DNA of 64,000 nt from an uncultured Marinobacterium sp. (GTDB lineage: Bacteria > Pseudomonadota > Gammaproteobacteria > Pseudomonadales > Balneatricaceae), in NCBI GenBank assembly GCA_963666955.1, contig OY762942.1, positions 297,269 to 361,268 of the forward strand, given 5' to 3'. A model generated the notes under the pieces. The model was not told the DNA's origin, searched no databases, and was given only the letters and a program-made list of their open reading frames with translations. Below are positions 1 to 10,557 of the stretch, in pieces. The first letter of the stretch is position 1. Every line of letters starts with the position of its first letter. Position numbers and translations under genes: made by a program.

Positions 1-1
1 C

Positions 2-94
2 CTGCTGCCGGGCGACCGCCTGGTCGCGGCCGGGACATCGAAGGTGCGTGACGGCATGCCGTTACACCCGATCACCCGCGAACGCGGACTGTGA
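2..94 (+). CDS. RND efflux periplasmic adaptor (membrane fusion protein), C-terminal fragment cut by window edge
   Basis: Frame is open from the window start (LLPGDRLVAAGTSKVRDGMPLHPITRERGL*). Stop TGA at 92-94 abuts the RND permease start, the usual position for an adaptor gene in such operons. Confidence 0.45.
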   Translation: MLPGDRLVAAGTSKVRDGMPLHPITRERGL

Positions 95-105
95 GTGGAG
101 GCGTT

Positions 106-3100
106 ATGAACCTGACCGAATACGCCATCCGCCAGCGGGTCGTCAGCTGGATGTGCGTACTCCTGCTGTTCGTGGGCGGGATTGTCTCCTTCTTCCAACT
201 GGGCCAGCTGGAAGATCCCGAGTTTACCGTCAAGGAAGCGATCATTGCCGTGCCGTATCCCGGGGCCTCCGCGCTGGAGGTGGAGGAGGAGGTCACGCTT
301 CCCGTCGAGCTGGCGCTTCAGCAGCTGGCTCAGGTCGACACGGTGGAATCCATCTCTTCGGCCGGCCTGGCCCAGGTCACGGTCACCATGAAAAGCACCT
401 ACCGTGAGCAGGAGCTGCGCCAGATCTGGGATGAGATGCGCCGCAAGCTTAACGATCTGGAACCCAGCCTGCCCCCCGGCACCGGCGCCATGCAGATCAA
501 TGATGACTTTGGTGACGTCTTCGGCATTTTTCTGGCGCTCACCGGTGAGGGCTTCGACTATCGCGCACTGGAAGATCACGCGGACTTCCTGCGCCGGGAG
601 TTGGTGCTGGTTGACGGTGTCAGCAAGGTCAGCATTGGCGGCAAACGACAGCAGCAGATCGTGGTAGAGGTGGATCGCAACCGCATGGCCGCCATGCAGG
701 TTTCGCCACAGATGATCCAGGCCGCCATCAACTCGCAGAGCCTGGTGAGCAACGCCGGCAGCCTGAGGATCAATGGTCAACGGCTCTATGTGCGGCCACA
801 GGGCAGCGCCACCTCGGCGGAGCAACTGAGCGACCTGCTGCTGGGACAGGCCGGCGGCAAACTGGTGTACCTGAGCGATGTGGCCAGGGTTTACCTCGAC
901 TATGCCGAGCCGCCCGGACATCTGTACCGCTACAACGGGCAGCAGGCCCTGACGCTGGGCGTCTCCTTCGCTTCGGGCGTCAATGTCGTGGCGGTGGGCC
1001 AGGCCGTACAAGCCAAACTGGCGGCAATCGAGTATCACCAGCCGGTCGGCATGGCGCTGGAGACCATCTATGACCAGCCTCGGCAGGTTGAAACCTCGGT
1101 CAACGACTTCCTGATCAGCCTGGCGCAAGCCATCGCCATCGTGGTGCTGGTGCTGCTGGTGACCATGGGCGCGCGTTCCGGCCTGTTGATGAGCCTGGTG
1201 CTGCTGCTGACGATTCTCGGCACCTTTATCGTCATGAATCTGGCATCGATCAGCCTGCACCGGGTTTCGTTGGGGGCGCTGATCATCGCCCTGGGCATGC
1301 TGGTCGATAATGCTATCGTGATCACGGAAGGCATTCTGATCAATCTGCAGCGGGGCTATTCCCGGCTGGAATCGGCGGTACGCATCGTCGGCCATACCCG
1401 CTGGCCGCTGCTGGGGGCCACCCTGATCTCCATCACCGCGTTTGCCCCCATCGGCCTGTCGCCCGATGCGACGGGGGAATTCACCGGCAGCCTGTTCTGG
1501 GTCCTGTTCATCTCGCTGCTGCTGAGCTGGCTGCTGGCCATTACCATTACGCCGTTTCTGGCCGCCTGGCTCTTTGCCGAGCCCCAGCAGGATCAGGCCC
1601 AGCGCGAACCCTACCAGAGTCTGTTCTACCGGCTTTTCAGCGCGGCCTTGTTAGTGGCCCTGCGCTGGCGCTGGCTCAGTCTGACGCTGGCGGCCGGGCT
1701 GCTGGTTGCATCTGTGGCGGGCTTCACACAGGTGCGCCAGGGCTTCTTTCCGGATGCGACCCTGCCGCTGGTGCAGGTGGATTACTGGTTGCCGCAGGGC
1801 AGCGATATCCGCACCACGGAAGCGGATATCCGCCAAATCGAGACCGACCTGCTACAACTGGACGGCATCGAGCAGATCACCAGCACCCTGGGCCGGGGGG
1901 CGGAGCGCTTCATGCTGACCTACGCGCCGGAACGGCAATACCCCAGTTACGCCCAGCTGCTGATTCAGACCGATACCGCTGAACGCCTGGCGCAACTGCA
2001 ACCGAAAATACGCCGCTATCTCAGCCGACAATATCCCCAGGCACAAACGAAGCTGACCCGCATCTCCATCGGCCCCACCACCAAGTCCAAGATTGAAGCC
2101 CGGATCAGCGGCCCGGACGCCGACACCCTGCGCCGTCTGGGCCAGCAGATGATCACTCAAGTCTTCGACCAGACCCCGGGCACCATCAATATCCGCCATG
2201 ACTGGCGTGAGCGCACACCGGTCATCGAGCCCCGTTTTGATGAGGCCGAGGGCCGACGCCTGGGCATCACCCAGGCCGACCTGAGCAGCGCCATCGCACG
2301 CAATGTCGACGGTCAGTACAGCGGCCTGATCCGCGACGGCTCGCAATTGCTGCCGGTGCTCCTGCGCCCGCCCCCGGAGCAGCGTCAGACCCCCGAACAG
2401 CTGGAGTCACTGCCGATCTTCAGCCAGACATTGCAGCAATGGGTCGATGCAGGTCAGGTCATGCGCGAACTGAGCATCAGCTGGGAGGATCCCTTGATCA
2501 TGCGGCGCGACCGCAAGCGCACGCTGACCGTGCTCGCCGACCCGGACCCGGCCAGCGGCCTGACCGCGTCGGCCCTGTTTGCCGAGCTTCGCCCCCGGGC
2601 GGAAGCGCTGCCCCTGCCGCCGGGCTACAGCCTGAGCTGGGGCGGCGAACATGACGCGCAACAGGACGCCAACAAGGCCCTGTTTGCGTTTGTTCCCGTC
2701 GGGGTGCTGGTGATGGTCGTGCTGACCGTGTTGCTGTTTGGCTCCGTGCGGCAGACACTGGTGGTTTGGCTGACGGTGCCGATGGCCATTATCGGTGTCT
2801 GTATCGGCCTGCTGGTCATGCAGACGCCCTTTGCCTTTACCGCGCTGCTGGGCATCCTGAGTCTGAGCGGCATGCTGATCAAGAACAGCATCGTCCTGGT
2901 GGAAGAGATCAAGCGCCTGCATGACGAAGACCAGTGCAGCTGGCATGATGCCATCGAACAGGCCGCTGTCAGCCGATTGAGACCGGTCAGCATGGCCGCC
3001 CTGACCACTATCCTGGGCATGCTGCCGCTGTTGCCGGATGCCTTCTTCAGGCCGCTGGCCGTCACCATCATGTTCGGTCTGGGCTTCGCGACGCTACTGA

Positions 3101-3153
3101 CGCTGCTGGTCGTGCCGGTGCTGTTCGCCGTGATGTACAGGGTCAGGTTCTAG
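106..3153 (+). CDS. RND efflux transporter permease (AcrB/AcrD/AcrF family)
   Basis: ORF 91-3153 (1020 aa). Sequence is AcrB-like (MNLTEYAIRQRVV..., two large periplasmic loops, 12 predicted TM segments). ATG at 106 preferred over GTG at 91. Confidence 0.9.
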   Translation: MNLTEYAIRQRVVSWMCVLLLFVGGIVSFFQLGQLEDPEFTVKEAIIAVPYPGASALEVEEEVTLPVELALQQLAQVDTVESISSAGLAQVTVTMKSTYREQELRQIWDEMRRKLNDLEPSLPPGTGAMQINDDFGDVFGIFLALTGEGFDYRALEDHADFLRRELVLVDGVSKVSIGGKRQQQIVVEVDRNRMAAMQVSPQMIQAAINSQSLVSNAGSLRINGQRLYVRPQGSATSAEQLSDLLLGQAGGKLVYLSDVARVYLDYAEPPGHLYRYNGQQALTLGVSFASGVNVVAVGQAVQAKLAAIEYHQPVGMALETIYDQPRQVETSVNDFLISLAQAIAIVVLVLLVTMGARSGLLMSLVLLLTILGTFIVMNLASISLHRVSLGALIIALGMLVDNAIVITEGILINLQRGYSRLESAVRIVGHTRWPLLGATLISITAFAPIGLSPDATGEFTGSLFWVLFISLLLSWLLAITITPFLAAWLFAEPQQDQAQREPYQSLFYRLFSAALLVALRWRWLSLTLAAGLLVASVAGFTQVRQGFFPDATLPLVQVDYWLPQGSDIRTTEADIRQIETDLLQLDGIEQITSTLGRGAERFMLTYAPERQYPSYAQLLIQTDTAERLAQLQPKIRRYLSRQYPQAQTKLTRISIGPTTKSKIEARISGPDADTLRRLGQQMITQVFDQTPGTINIRHDWRERTPVIEPRFDEAEGRRLGITQADLSSAIARNVDGQYSGLIRDGSQLLPVLLRPPPEQRQTPEQLESLPIFSQTLQQWVDAGQVMRELSISWEDPLIMRRDRKRTLTVLADPDPASGLTASALFAELRPRAEALPLPPGYSLSWGGEHDAQQDANKALFAFVPVGVLVMVVLTVLLFGSVRQTLVVWLTVPMAIIGVCIGLLVMQTPFAFTALLGILSLSGMLIKNSIVLVEEIKRLHDEDQCSWHDAIEQAAVSRLRPVSMAALTTILGMLPLLPDAFFRPLAVTIMFGLGFATLLTLLVVPVLFAVMYRVRF

Positions 3154-3173
3154 CGGCACCGGGCCGTTTCGGC

Positions 3174-5111
3174 TCAGGCCGAACGGTCCAGGTCTGACGC
3201 CCAGGCCACCCGGTTGCGGCCCTGCTCCTTGGCGCTATAAAGCGCGGCATCGGCCCTCGCCAGCAGCGCATGGGCCGACTCGCCCGGCTGCCGCACCGCC
3301 ACGCCGAAACTGGCGGTCACATGCAGGCGGTGCTCGTCGACCGGGCAACGCCGTTCATCGAAGCGCTGCCGGAAGCGTTCCGCCAGCGGCAACAGATTGT
3401 CCATGCTCACATTGTCGAACACGACCAGGAACTCCTCGCCGCCGATACGGCCGAAGCCGTCACCGGCACGCAGCAGCTCGCGGATTTCCTGAGTGTAGTA
3501 GGCCAGCACCCGGTCCCCGGCGGCATGCCCGTAAGTGTCATTCACCTGTTTGAAGTGGTCGATATCAAACAGCACCACCCCGGGGTAGCTGTCGGGCGAT
3601 GCCAGCAGGCGGTCCAGCAGCTGCAGGGTCGCCCGGCGGTTCAGACAACCGGTCAGTTCATCGGTCATCGCCTGGTGACGCAGCTGGTTTTCGGCTTCCA
3701 GATGGCCGCTGTCATCGCTGAAGGTAATGATCGCCCCGCCTTCATCCGCCGCGCCCGGCAGGGGGGTGACGGTGGTATGCACCGGCAGGATCTTGCCCTC
3801 ACGGGTACGGAAGAAGTCACGCTCGGCATGTTGACGCTCACCGGTGCGCAGCGCCTCCAGCGTCGGACAGGTATCCGCATGCAATACCTGTCCGCTCAGG
3901 GTCATATGAATCATCGGATGCAGCTCCTGACCCAGCAATTCCGCTTCCGTCCAGCCCAGCAGGCGCTCGGCTTCCGGATTCAACCAGCGCACCCGTCCCT
4001 GTTGATCCACCCTGATCAGGCCGCTGCCGACCTCATCGGTGATCAGCCGCAGTTGATGTTCGCTCTGCCGAATCCGCTGGTCCAGCTGCCACTGCCGGCA
4101 GCGCAAACGGTACCAGCCCCAGAGCAGCAACAGCCCGCCGCCGACACTCGCCGCCAGCAGCTGCCCTCCGCGCTCCAGATAGCGGGTTTGCAAAGCCGCA
4201 CAGTCCTGCCCCCTTTCCTTGAACCCCAGCAGCCAGCGGGGCGCCTTCAAGTGACCACCACCATAATCGACCCATTGATACACATAGCAGTCGTTGCCGG
4301 CGGTCACCTCACCCTGAGCCTGCTGCTGCATCTGTGACCACTGGGCGGGCATTTCCACCGACAGGCCGGTCTTTTCGGTAAACATGAACTGCCAGTCACG
4401 CCCTTCGCCGCCGTGCAGCCAGTGCCCGGAGGCGTTCCACAGCAACGGCGCCATTGATCGGGGCAGGGTGGTCTTCAGGTTATCCAACAGCTCCTGTCCC
4501 AGGTAGTTGATGACGATCAGTCCCTGCAGTTGCTGCCGGTGATAGACCGGCATGGAAAGCCTCAGCATCGGCTTGTAGGGAATCTCCACCTCATGCCGTT
4601 CGATATTCAGATCCAGGGGCGAAAGATAGAGCTCACCCGCCGCCAGGCGCAAGGCTTCGGCAACGTAGTAGCGATGGGCCTTGTTCTGCAGTTGCGCCGC
4701 CGGTACCACATAGGCGTCGCCGCCGGACAAGCGGTTGATGCGCACCAGCTCCATGCCGTCCCGGTCGATAAAGCGAACCTGATCGTATTCGGGCCGGAGG
4801 CGCGCCAGGGACAGGTAACTTTGCTGCAACAGCGGCAGCCAAGCGCCCTGCGGCTGATCGAGATACTGCTGCAGCAACGGAGCAGAGGCCATCCGGCTGA
4901 CATCCAGCTCCACCGCCGCCAGGGTTGTGCGGATACTCTGACGCAGTTGCGTCAGATAGTAGGCTCGTTGTTGCTGCTGCAACCGTTGCTCCTGCTGCAA
5001 GGAGCGGTAAAGGCCAAGGACCAGCACCACCGCCAACAACAGCAGCGCCAACAGGCCAATGGACCAGAAATACCAACGTTGCGGATACCGCGATCTACAC
5101 CTGAACATCAT
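3174..5111 (-). CDS. Membrane sensor diguanylate cyclase (periplasmic sensor region, PAS-like segment, GGDEF domain)
   Basis: 645-aa ORF with an N-terminal TM segment, a periplasmic region, a second TM segment, and a C-terminal GGDEF domain with an intact GGEEF motif (RIGGEEFLVVF). Confidence 0.85.
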   Translation of the reverse strand: MMFRCRSRYPQRWYFWSIGLLALLLLAVVLVLGLYRSLQQEQRLQQQQRAYYLTQLRQSIRTTLAAVELDVSRMASAPLLQQYLDQPQGAWLPLLQQSYLSLARLRPEYDQVRFIDRDGMELVRINRLSGGDAYVVPAAQLQNKAHRYYVAEALRLAAGELYLSPLDLNIERHEVEIPYKPMLRLSMPVYHRQQLQGLIVINYLGQELLDNLKTTLPRSMAPLLWNASGHWLHGGEGRDWQFMFTEKTGLSVEMPAQWSQMQQQAQGEVTAGNDCYVYQWVDYGGGHLKAPRWLLGFKERGQDCAALQTRYLERGGQLLAASVGGGLLLLWGWYRLRCRQWQLDQRIRQSEHQLRLITDEVGSGLIRVDQQGRVRWLNPEAERLLGWTEAELLGQELHPMIHMTLSGQVLHADTCPTLEALRTGERQHAERDFFRTREGKILPVHTTVTPLPGAADEGGAIITFSDDSGHLEAENQLRHQAMTDELTGCLNRRATLQLLDRLLASPDSYPGVVLFDIDHFKQVNDTYGHAAGDRVLAYYTQEIRELLRAGDGFGRIGGEEFLVVFDNVSMDNLLPLAERFRQRFDERRCPVDEHRLHVTASFGVAVRQPGESAHALLARADAALYSAKEQGRNRVAWASDLDRSA

Positions 5112-5210
5112 CCAAACCTACGTCGGCCCTTGGGGCTCAAGTTCCTTTCAACTGCCATGCAGATAGCTTCAACGCCCATCCTAACAGGCGGTTGGCATTC
5201 TAGGTATACG

Positions 5211-5942
5211 CTATATCAGGCTTAACCCGGCCCCCAGCAGCGCCACCTCGACCAGCTCGATCAGGGCCCCGGCGGTATCGCCGGTATAGCCCTGCAGGCG
5301 CGCCAGCATCAGCCGCCTGAGCCACCAGAACAGCAGCAGCGGCAACAGCAACAGTAACGGCTGGCTGCCCAGCAGCACCCAGGCCAGCACGGCCGCCGTC
5401 AGCCAGACCGGCGTGCGCGCGGCCTGCTGCAGGCCCTGGGCGATCCCCTGGGGACGTGCATAAGGCGTGGTCAGCAACAGCCACTGGGCGGCGCAGCGCC
5501 CGACCAGCGGCGCCAGCAGCAGCGGCCAGAGCAGCTGTTCCGCCAGCAGGGCCTGCAGCAGGCTCCACTTGAGCAGCAGCTGCAGCATCAGCGCCAGCGC
5601 GCCCGTCGCGCCAATATGCGGGTCCTTCATGATCTGCAGGGTGCGTTCGCGATCCCCGAGTCCCCCCATCCAGCCGTCGGCGCTGTCGGCCAGGCCATCC
5701 AGATGCAGGCCGCCGGTCAGCACACACCAGAGCAGCAGCACCAGCGTGGCCTGCACGGCCACCGGCAGCCCCTGGGACAAAACGGCCAGTCCCGCCAGCA
5801 AGACGCCAAGCAGCAACCCTACCAGCGGGTAGTAGAGCAGGGCTCTGGCCTGGGTGGCGGGGTCGGGCATGCCGGACAGGCGTACCGGAATCAGGGTCAG
5901 GAACTGCAGCGCACAGAGAAAGGATTGCCAATGTCCCCTCAT
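5211..5942 (-). CDS. cobS: Adenosylcobinamide-GDP ribazoletransferase (cobalamin synthase)
   Basis: 243-aa polytopic membrane protein with a CobS-type N-terminus (ALQFLTLIPVR). Overlaps cobC by 4 nt. Confidence 0.9.
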   Translation of the reverse strand: MRGHWQSFLCALQFLTLIPVRLSGMPDPATQARALLYYPLVGLLLGVLLAGLAVLSQGLPVAVQATLVLLLWCVLTGGLHLDGLADSADGWMGGLGDRERTLQIMKDPHIGATGALALMLQLLLKWSLLQALLAEQLLWPLLLAPLVGRCAAQWLLLTTPYARPQGIAQGLQQAARTPVWLTAAVLAWVLLGSQPLLLLLPLLLFWWLRRLMLARLQGYTGDTAGALIELVEVALLGAGLSLI

Positions 5943-6493
5943 CGGCGCGCGTCCCGGAGCGAATGCAGGCTACCGTGCCCCACCGGGTAGTTGAACATCT
6001 CGCTGACCGGCAGACCGTTCAGAATCGCGTGCAGGGCGCGAATGACACCGCCGTGACAGATCAGCAGTACGGCGCCATGATGACGCCGCTCAAGCTCATC
6101 GACCAGAGATTCCAGGCGGGCAAAGAAGTCGACCAGAGATTCGCCGTTGGGCGGCGGGTTGCGCCAGGGGTCGGCCCAGAAACGCCCCAGCGGCTCGGGA
6201 TCACGGGCATGGACCTGGGCCGCAGTTTCGCCGTCCCAGTCACCGAAATCGTATTCGCGCAGACGCTCGTCGATCTGCAGGCGACGGGAGTCGGCCCACT
6301 CCCGGCCGAACGCGGCGCAACGCTGCAGCGGCGAGCAGTAGATGCGTGCATAGTCCTGCGGCGAGACGCCAACCAGCCCCAGCTCCATCTGCTGCCAGCC
6401 CTCCTCCGTCAAGGCCGCATCGGTGCGTCCCAGAAAGCAGTTGCCGCGCTCGGTCATGCCGTGGCGCAGCAGGTCTATACGCAGCTCACTCAT
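5939..6493 (-). CDS. cobC: Alpha-ribazole phosphatase (histidine phosphatase family)
   Basis: 184 aa with the RHG catalytic motif (LLRHGMTE). Overlaps both cobT and cobS by 4 nt. Confidence 0.8.
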   Translation of the reverse strand: MSELRIDLLRHGMTERGNCFLGRTDAALTEEGWQQMELGLVGVSPQDYARIYCSPLQRCAAFGREWADSRRLQIDERLREYDFGDWDGETAAQVHARDPEPLGRFWADPWRNPPPNGESLVDFFARLESLVDELERRHHGAVLLICHGGVIRALHAILNGLPVSEMFNYPVGHGSLHSLRDARR

Positions 6494-7527
6494 GCCCCTT
6501 TCTCCGACACGGCCGCCTCGGCAAACGTCGCCATCTGCGCATGCAGACTGCAGGCCATGCGCAGCAGCGGCACCGCCGTGGCCGCCCCGCTGCCCTCGCC
6601 CAGGCGCAGCCCCAGATCCAGCAACGGAGCCGAGGGCAGCGCCTGACGCAGCAGACGATAACCGGGCTCGGCGGAGTGGTGGGAAAACAGCAGCCAGTCG
6701 GCCACATCAGGATTGAGCCGGCAGGCCAGCAGTGCCGCCACGGTGCAGATGAAACCATCGACCAGTGCCGGAATACCCTGCTGGGCGCAGGCCAGATAGG
6801 CTCCAGTCAGTGCCGCAACCTCGAAGCCGCCCAGGGAGGCCAGCAGCGCCAAAGGCTCGCGATCGCTGCCATGACGCGCCAGCGCCTGCTCGATCACCCG
6901 GCACTTGTGTGCCATGCCGTCCGGGTCCAGTCCCGTGCCCGGCCCAACCAACTCCGCAACCGCTTGCCCCAGCAGCGCCGCCGCCAGCGCCGTGGCCACC
7001 GTGGTATTGCCGATACCCATCTCGCCGCCGATGAACAGCTCGGCTGGGGTGTGCAGCACCGCTTCACGTCCGCTGGCCAGCGCTCGCTGCAACTGCTCGT
7101 CGGTCATCGCCGGCTCACGCAACAGGTTGCCGCTTTGCGGCGCAATGATCCGTGACTCGACACCGGGCAAGGCCTCCAGCGGCGTCACCGTGCCCAGGTT
7201 CCACACCCTCAGCTCGGCACCAAGCACCCGGGCCGCGACACTGATCGCCGCGCCGCCACGGGCGAAGTTGCGGATCATCTCGGCGGTCACCGCCTGCGGA
7301 TAGGCCGAAACGCCTTCGGCTGTGACGCCATGATCGGCGGCAAAAACCGCGATGCTGACCCGCTCCAGCTGTGGGCACGCCCGCCCCTGCATGCCCGCCA
7401 GACGGATTGCCAGCTGCTCCAGTCGGCCCAACGCGCCCAGTGGCTTGGTCAGCTGCTGCTGGCGTTCCCGGGCCGCACGCTGCGCCGCCTGATCAATCGG
7501 TTTGACCGGTTGTGCGACCCAATTCAT
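6490..7527 (-). CDS. cobT: Nicotinate-nucleotide--dimethylbenzimidazole phosphoribosyltransferase
   Basis: 345 aa with CobT-like sequence (GEMGIGNTT motif). Sits within the cob operon. Confidence 0.9.
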   Translation of the reverse strand: MNWVAQPVKPIDQAAQRAARERQQQLTKPLGALGRLEQLAIRLAGMQGRACPQLERVSIAVFAADHGVTAEGVSAYPQAVTAEMIRNFARGGAAISVAARVLGAELRVWNLGTVTPLEALPGVESRIIAPQSGNLLREPAMTDEQLQRALASGREAVLHTPAELFIGGEMGIGNTTVATALAAALLGQAVAELVGPGTGLDPDGMAHKCRVIEQALARHGSDREPLALLASLGGFEVAALTGAYLACAQQGIPALVDGFICTVAALLACRLNPDVADWLLFSHHSAEPGYRLLRQALPSAPLLDLGLRLGEGSGAATAVPLLRMACSLHAQMATFAEAAVSEKGA

Positions 7528-8051
7528 CGGCGACTCTCCAGCGCCGGTCCCTTGATCACCATCGGGATGCCGGCCACCATTAGCACCACCTGATCGGCCA
7601 GCGCCGCCACCGACTGGTTGAGCCAGCCGGCCTCGTCACTGAAACGGCGGCTCAATTCGCCCATGGGCACCACGCCCATGCCGGTCTCGTTGCTGACCAG
7701 GATCACTTCGCCGCGCGCGTTTGCCAGCGCGGCACAAAGCGCCTCGCGCTCGGCCTGCATGTTGGCGTCATCCAGCAGCTGGTTGGTTAGCCAGAGGGTC
7801 AGGCAGTCGATCAGCAGGCAGCGGTCCGGCGCCTGCAGAGCCAGCAGGGTCGCCGCCAGTTGCAGCGGCTCCTCGACGGTCTGCCAGTGCACAGGACGTT
7901 CGTCACGGTGCCGTTCGATGCGCTTGAGCATTTCATCGTCGTGAGCCTGAGCGGTGGCGATATAGAAGACGTCGCGTCCGGAAGCGAGAGCGAGCTGCTC
8001 CGCCTGCCGGCTTTTGCCGGAGCGGGCGCCGCCGAGGATGAGTCGAATCAC
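7524..8051 (-). CDS. cobU: Bifunctional adenosylcobinamide kinase / adenosylcobinamide-phosphate guanylyltransferase
   Basis: 175 aa with an N-terminal P-loop ([11 protein letters not shown]). Overlaps cobT by 4 nt. Confidence 0.9.
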   Translation of the reverse strand: MIRLILGGARSGKSRQAEQLALASGRDVFYIATAQAHDDEMLKRIERHRDERPVHWQTVEEPLQLAATLLALQAPDRCLLIDCLTLWLTNQLLDDANMQAEREALCAALANARGEVILVSNETGMGVVPMGELSRRFSDEAGWLNQSVAALADQVVLMVAGIPMVIKGPALESRR

Positions 8052-8114
8052 AGAATTCTCCGCCGGGTCGGTTAGAGGGGGACTTACCCTCTAGTGTAAC
8101 CGTGAACCGACGGA

Positions 8115-9101
8115 TTACAGAAACTCCGCACGCAGATCGCAGCTGCTGCGCTTGCCCAGATGCTGTCCTTCCGCGTCCAGCCAGCGCTCCATCTGCGCAG
8201 CACCTCGCTGCTGCAACGCCAGCAGGAAGCTGCGCCGGGTATCGAGCTTGGAAGTGCGGTGCAGGTTGCTCAACCGCTCATCGGGACCAATCAGGTGCAG
8301 GCGCATACGCCGCACACGGCGCTCCGTATCCCCCAGCAGCCAGGGACGGTATTTCAGCCGTTGCTGCATCGCCGCCAGGGCGCGCATCTCGCGCATGAAG
8401 GTGGTCTGAAACCCCAGTTCGGCAACGCGGTCGGCAATGGCCTGGGCCGAGGTCGGCGTGACGGCCTGCGTGTGGGGGTGCAGCAGCAACAGCATCAGGT
8501 CCGGCGCCGCACAATCGAATACCAGCGGATAGACCACCGGGTTACCGACGAAACCGCCATCCCAGTAGGCTTCGCCGTCGATCTCCACGGCCTGGTACAG
8601 CTCGGGCAGACAGGCCGACGCCAGGAGATGATCGGCGGTCAGTTCCTGTTCGCGAAACAGCCTCAATCGACCCGAGCGGACCTCGGTTGCGGCGATGAAC
8701 AGCTTGCAGGGCGGCTCCCGACGCAGACGCTCGAAATCGACCAGCTCGGCCAGCAGGTTACGCAAGGGATTGATATCAAAAGGATTGAGGTCATAGGGGG
8801 AGAGGTGCTTGGTCATGTCGCGCCACCACTGGGACCAGTGCTGACCCAGCCCGGCCGGATCCAGCGGTCCCGGCAGCATCAGGCCGTGCCAGAAGCGGGA
8901 CAGCAGCTCGCGCGCCCCTTCGGCGCCGCCCTGTTGCCAGCCCGCCGCCAGCAGCACGGCGTTCATCGCCCCGGCGCTGGTGCCGCTGATCCCCTCGAAA
9001 CCGATGCCGTCATACTGCAGCAACCGGTCCAGCACCCCCCAGGTGAAGGCCCCATGGGCACCCCCGCCCTGCAGAGCCATGTTCAGCTTAAGCGGCTTCA
9101 T
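8115..9101 (-). CDS. Patatin-like phospholipase
   Basis: 328 aa with an oxyanion-hole GGGAHG motif and a GxSxG nucleophile motif (GTSAG). Confidence 0.85.
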   Translation of the reverse strand: MKPLKLNMALQGGGAHGAFTWGVLDRLLQYDGIGFEGISGTSAGAMNAVLLAAGWQQGGAEGARELLSRFWHGLMLPGPLDPAGLGQHWSQWWRDMTKHLSPYDLNPFDINPLRNLLAELVDFERLRREPPCKLFIAATEVRSGRLRLFREQELTADHLLASACLPELYQAVEIDGEAYWDGGFVGNPVVYPLVFDCAAPDLMLLLLHPHTQAVTPTSAQAIADRVAELGFQTTFMREMRALAAMQQRLKYRPWLLGDTERRVRRMRLHLIGPDERLSNLHRTSKLDTRRSFLLALQQRGAAQMERWLDAEGQHLGKRSSCDLRAEFL

Positions 9102-9182
9102 GGCAGCCCCTCCGCTTTATTGTGCAGTGCAGCAATAATCGCGGTTGGCGCTGGGAGTTGTCAACAAAAACTGGTTATTAAA

Positions 9183-9740
9183 TCACCACTTGTCAGCGGG
9201 CGCCTGGTATTGCTGCACCGCCTTCAAAAGGGCGTCGGGGTTATCCACAACCTGCAGCATCGCGGTATGCGCGGGCTTGATAAACCCCTCCGCATCCAGG
9301 CTGTGGATAAATTCCAGCATGCGGTTATAGAAGCCGTTGACGTTGTACAGGATCACCGGCTTGGCATGATGCCCCAGTTGTCCCCAGGTCCAGACCTCGA
9401 ACAGCTCTTCCAGCGTACCTATGCCACCGGGCAGGGCGACAAAGGCGTCGGCCAGCTCCGCCATCCGCGCCTTGCGCGCGTGCATGTCCGGCACCACCTC
9501 CAGCACCGTCAGGCCATCATGGGCCAGCTCGCGCGACTGCAGATACTCCGGGATCACACCGTGCACCCGACCGCCGGCCTCCAGCACGGCATCGGCTATG
9601 GTGCCCATCAGCCCCACATGGCCGCCGCCGAAGACCAGCTCAATTTCCTGTTGGGCGAAAAACTGCCCCAGCTCGGTGGCGGTTTCCCGGTAGATTGGAT
9701 TATCGCCGTAGCTGGAACCGCAGAACACAGTGATTTTCAT
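9183..9740 (-). CDS. LOG family protein (nucleotide 5'-monophosphate nucleosidase / cytokinin riboside 5'-monophosphate phosphoribohydrolase type)
   Basis: ORF 9183-9785. Internal start MKITVFCGSS preferred. Contains the PGGxGTxxE motif (LPGGIGTLEE). Confidence 0.85.
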   Translation of the reverse strand: MKITVFCGSSYGDNPIYRETATELGQFFAQQEIELVFGGGHVGLMGTIADAVLEAGGRVHGVIPEYLQSRELAHDGLTVLEVVPDMHARKARMAELADAFVALPGGIGTLEELFEVWTWGQLGHHAKPVILYNVNGFYNRMLEFIHSLDAEGFIKPAHTAMLQVVDNPDALLKAVQQYQAPADKW

Positions 9741-9881
9741 GATGCCATTCCTCCTGATACAGACATGGTGTGATTTAACAGACATGGAGTAATGTATTTA
9801 TCGGTAGTCGGCAGCTGTCCAATCCATCATGGGTGCAACACAAGAATGCACCGAACTCATGCTGCCAAGGACAAACAGCCC

Positions 9882-10538
9882 CTACTCCGAGTCCGGCCAG
9901 CGATTCTCCGCCAGCAGGGCCTCCAGCGGCTGTACTTCGGCCCAGCCTTCCTGTTCAAGCATCGGGCGTTCGTAGAACTTGTCCACAGGGCCGATGCAGA
10001 GCACGGCGATCGCCTTGCTGCCCTCTGGCATCTGCAGCAGGTCGCCCAGCGCCTCGGGATCGAACAGCGAGACCCAACCGACGCCAACACCTTCGGCACG
10101 TGCAGCCAGCCAGAGGTTCTGGATGGCACAGGAAACCGAGGCCAGATCCATCTCCGGCAGGGTGCGGCGTCCGAATATATGCTTCTCGCGCTGGTCCATC
10201 AGCGCCACCACCAGCACCTCGGCGCACCTGTCCATGCCTTCCACTTTCAGGCGCAGAAACTCGGCTTCGCGCTCGTTCATCACATCGGCAGTCGCCTGAC
10301 GCTCCTGCTCCACCAGGCCGCGGATGCTGGCACGCAGCTGGCTGTCGGTGATGCGGATAAAGCGCCAGGGCTGCATCAGCCCCACGCTGGGGGCCTGATG
10401 GGCGGCCTGCAGCAGCCGCTTCAGAATTTCGGAATCCAGGGGTTCGCCGCTGAAGTGGCGCATGTCGCGACGCTCGCGGATGGCTCGGTAGACCGCCTCA
10501 CGTTCGGCGGCGCTGAACTGCCAGGGATTCTCTGTCAT
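9882..10538 (-). CDS. bluB: 5,6-dimethylbenzimidazole synthase (nitroreductase fold)
   Basis: ORF 9882-10571. Start at MTENPWQFSAAEREAVYRAIRERRDMRHF is BluB-like. Last gene of the btuB-led operon. Confidence 0.85.
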   Translation of the reverse strand: MTENPWQFSAAEREAVYRAIRERRDMRHFSGEPLDSEILKRLLQAAHQAPSVGLMQPWRFIRITDSQLRASIRGLVEQERQATADVMNEREAEFLRLKVEGMDRCAEVLVVALMDQREKHIFGRRTLPEMDLASVSCAIQNLWLAARAEGVGVGWVSLFDPEALGDLLQMPEGSKAIAVLCIGPVDKFYERPMLEQEGWAEVQPLEALLAENRWPDSE

Positions 10539-10557
10539 GCTTGTCTCCTCTTGCGCC

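Noticed and set aside
8052-8114. Possible second cobalamin riboswitch or promoter upstream of cobU.
   Set aside because: Only 63 bp are available. The gap holds a 7-bp hairpin (TAGAGGG/CCCTCTA) and no B12 box or conserved riboswitch elements.
8160-9773. 537-aa plus-strand ORF covering the patatin and LOG genes. Similar long antisense ORFs occur elsewhere, for example 16078-18021 (+), 25519-27033 (+), 43361-44509 (-), 46392-47732 (-), 51215-52648 (-), 54606-55673 (-), 59057-60169 (+) and 60013-60960 (-).
   Set aside because: These are shadow ORFs, typical of high-GC DNA, lying opposite genes with clear family signatures. Their translations are Arg/Ala/Gly/Pro/Gln-rich low-complexity strings with no recognisable motifs.
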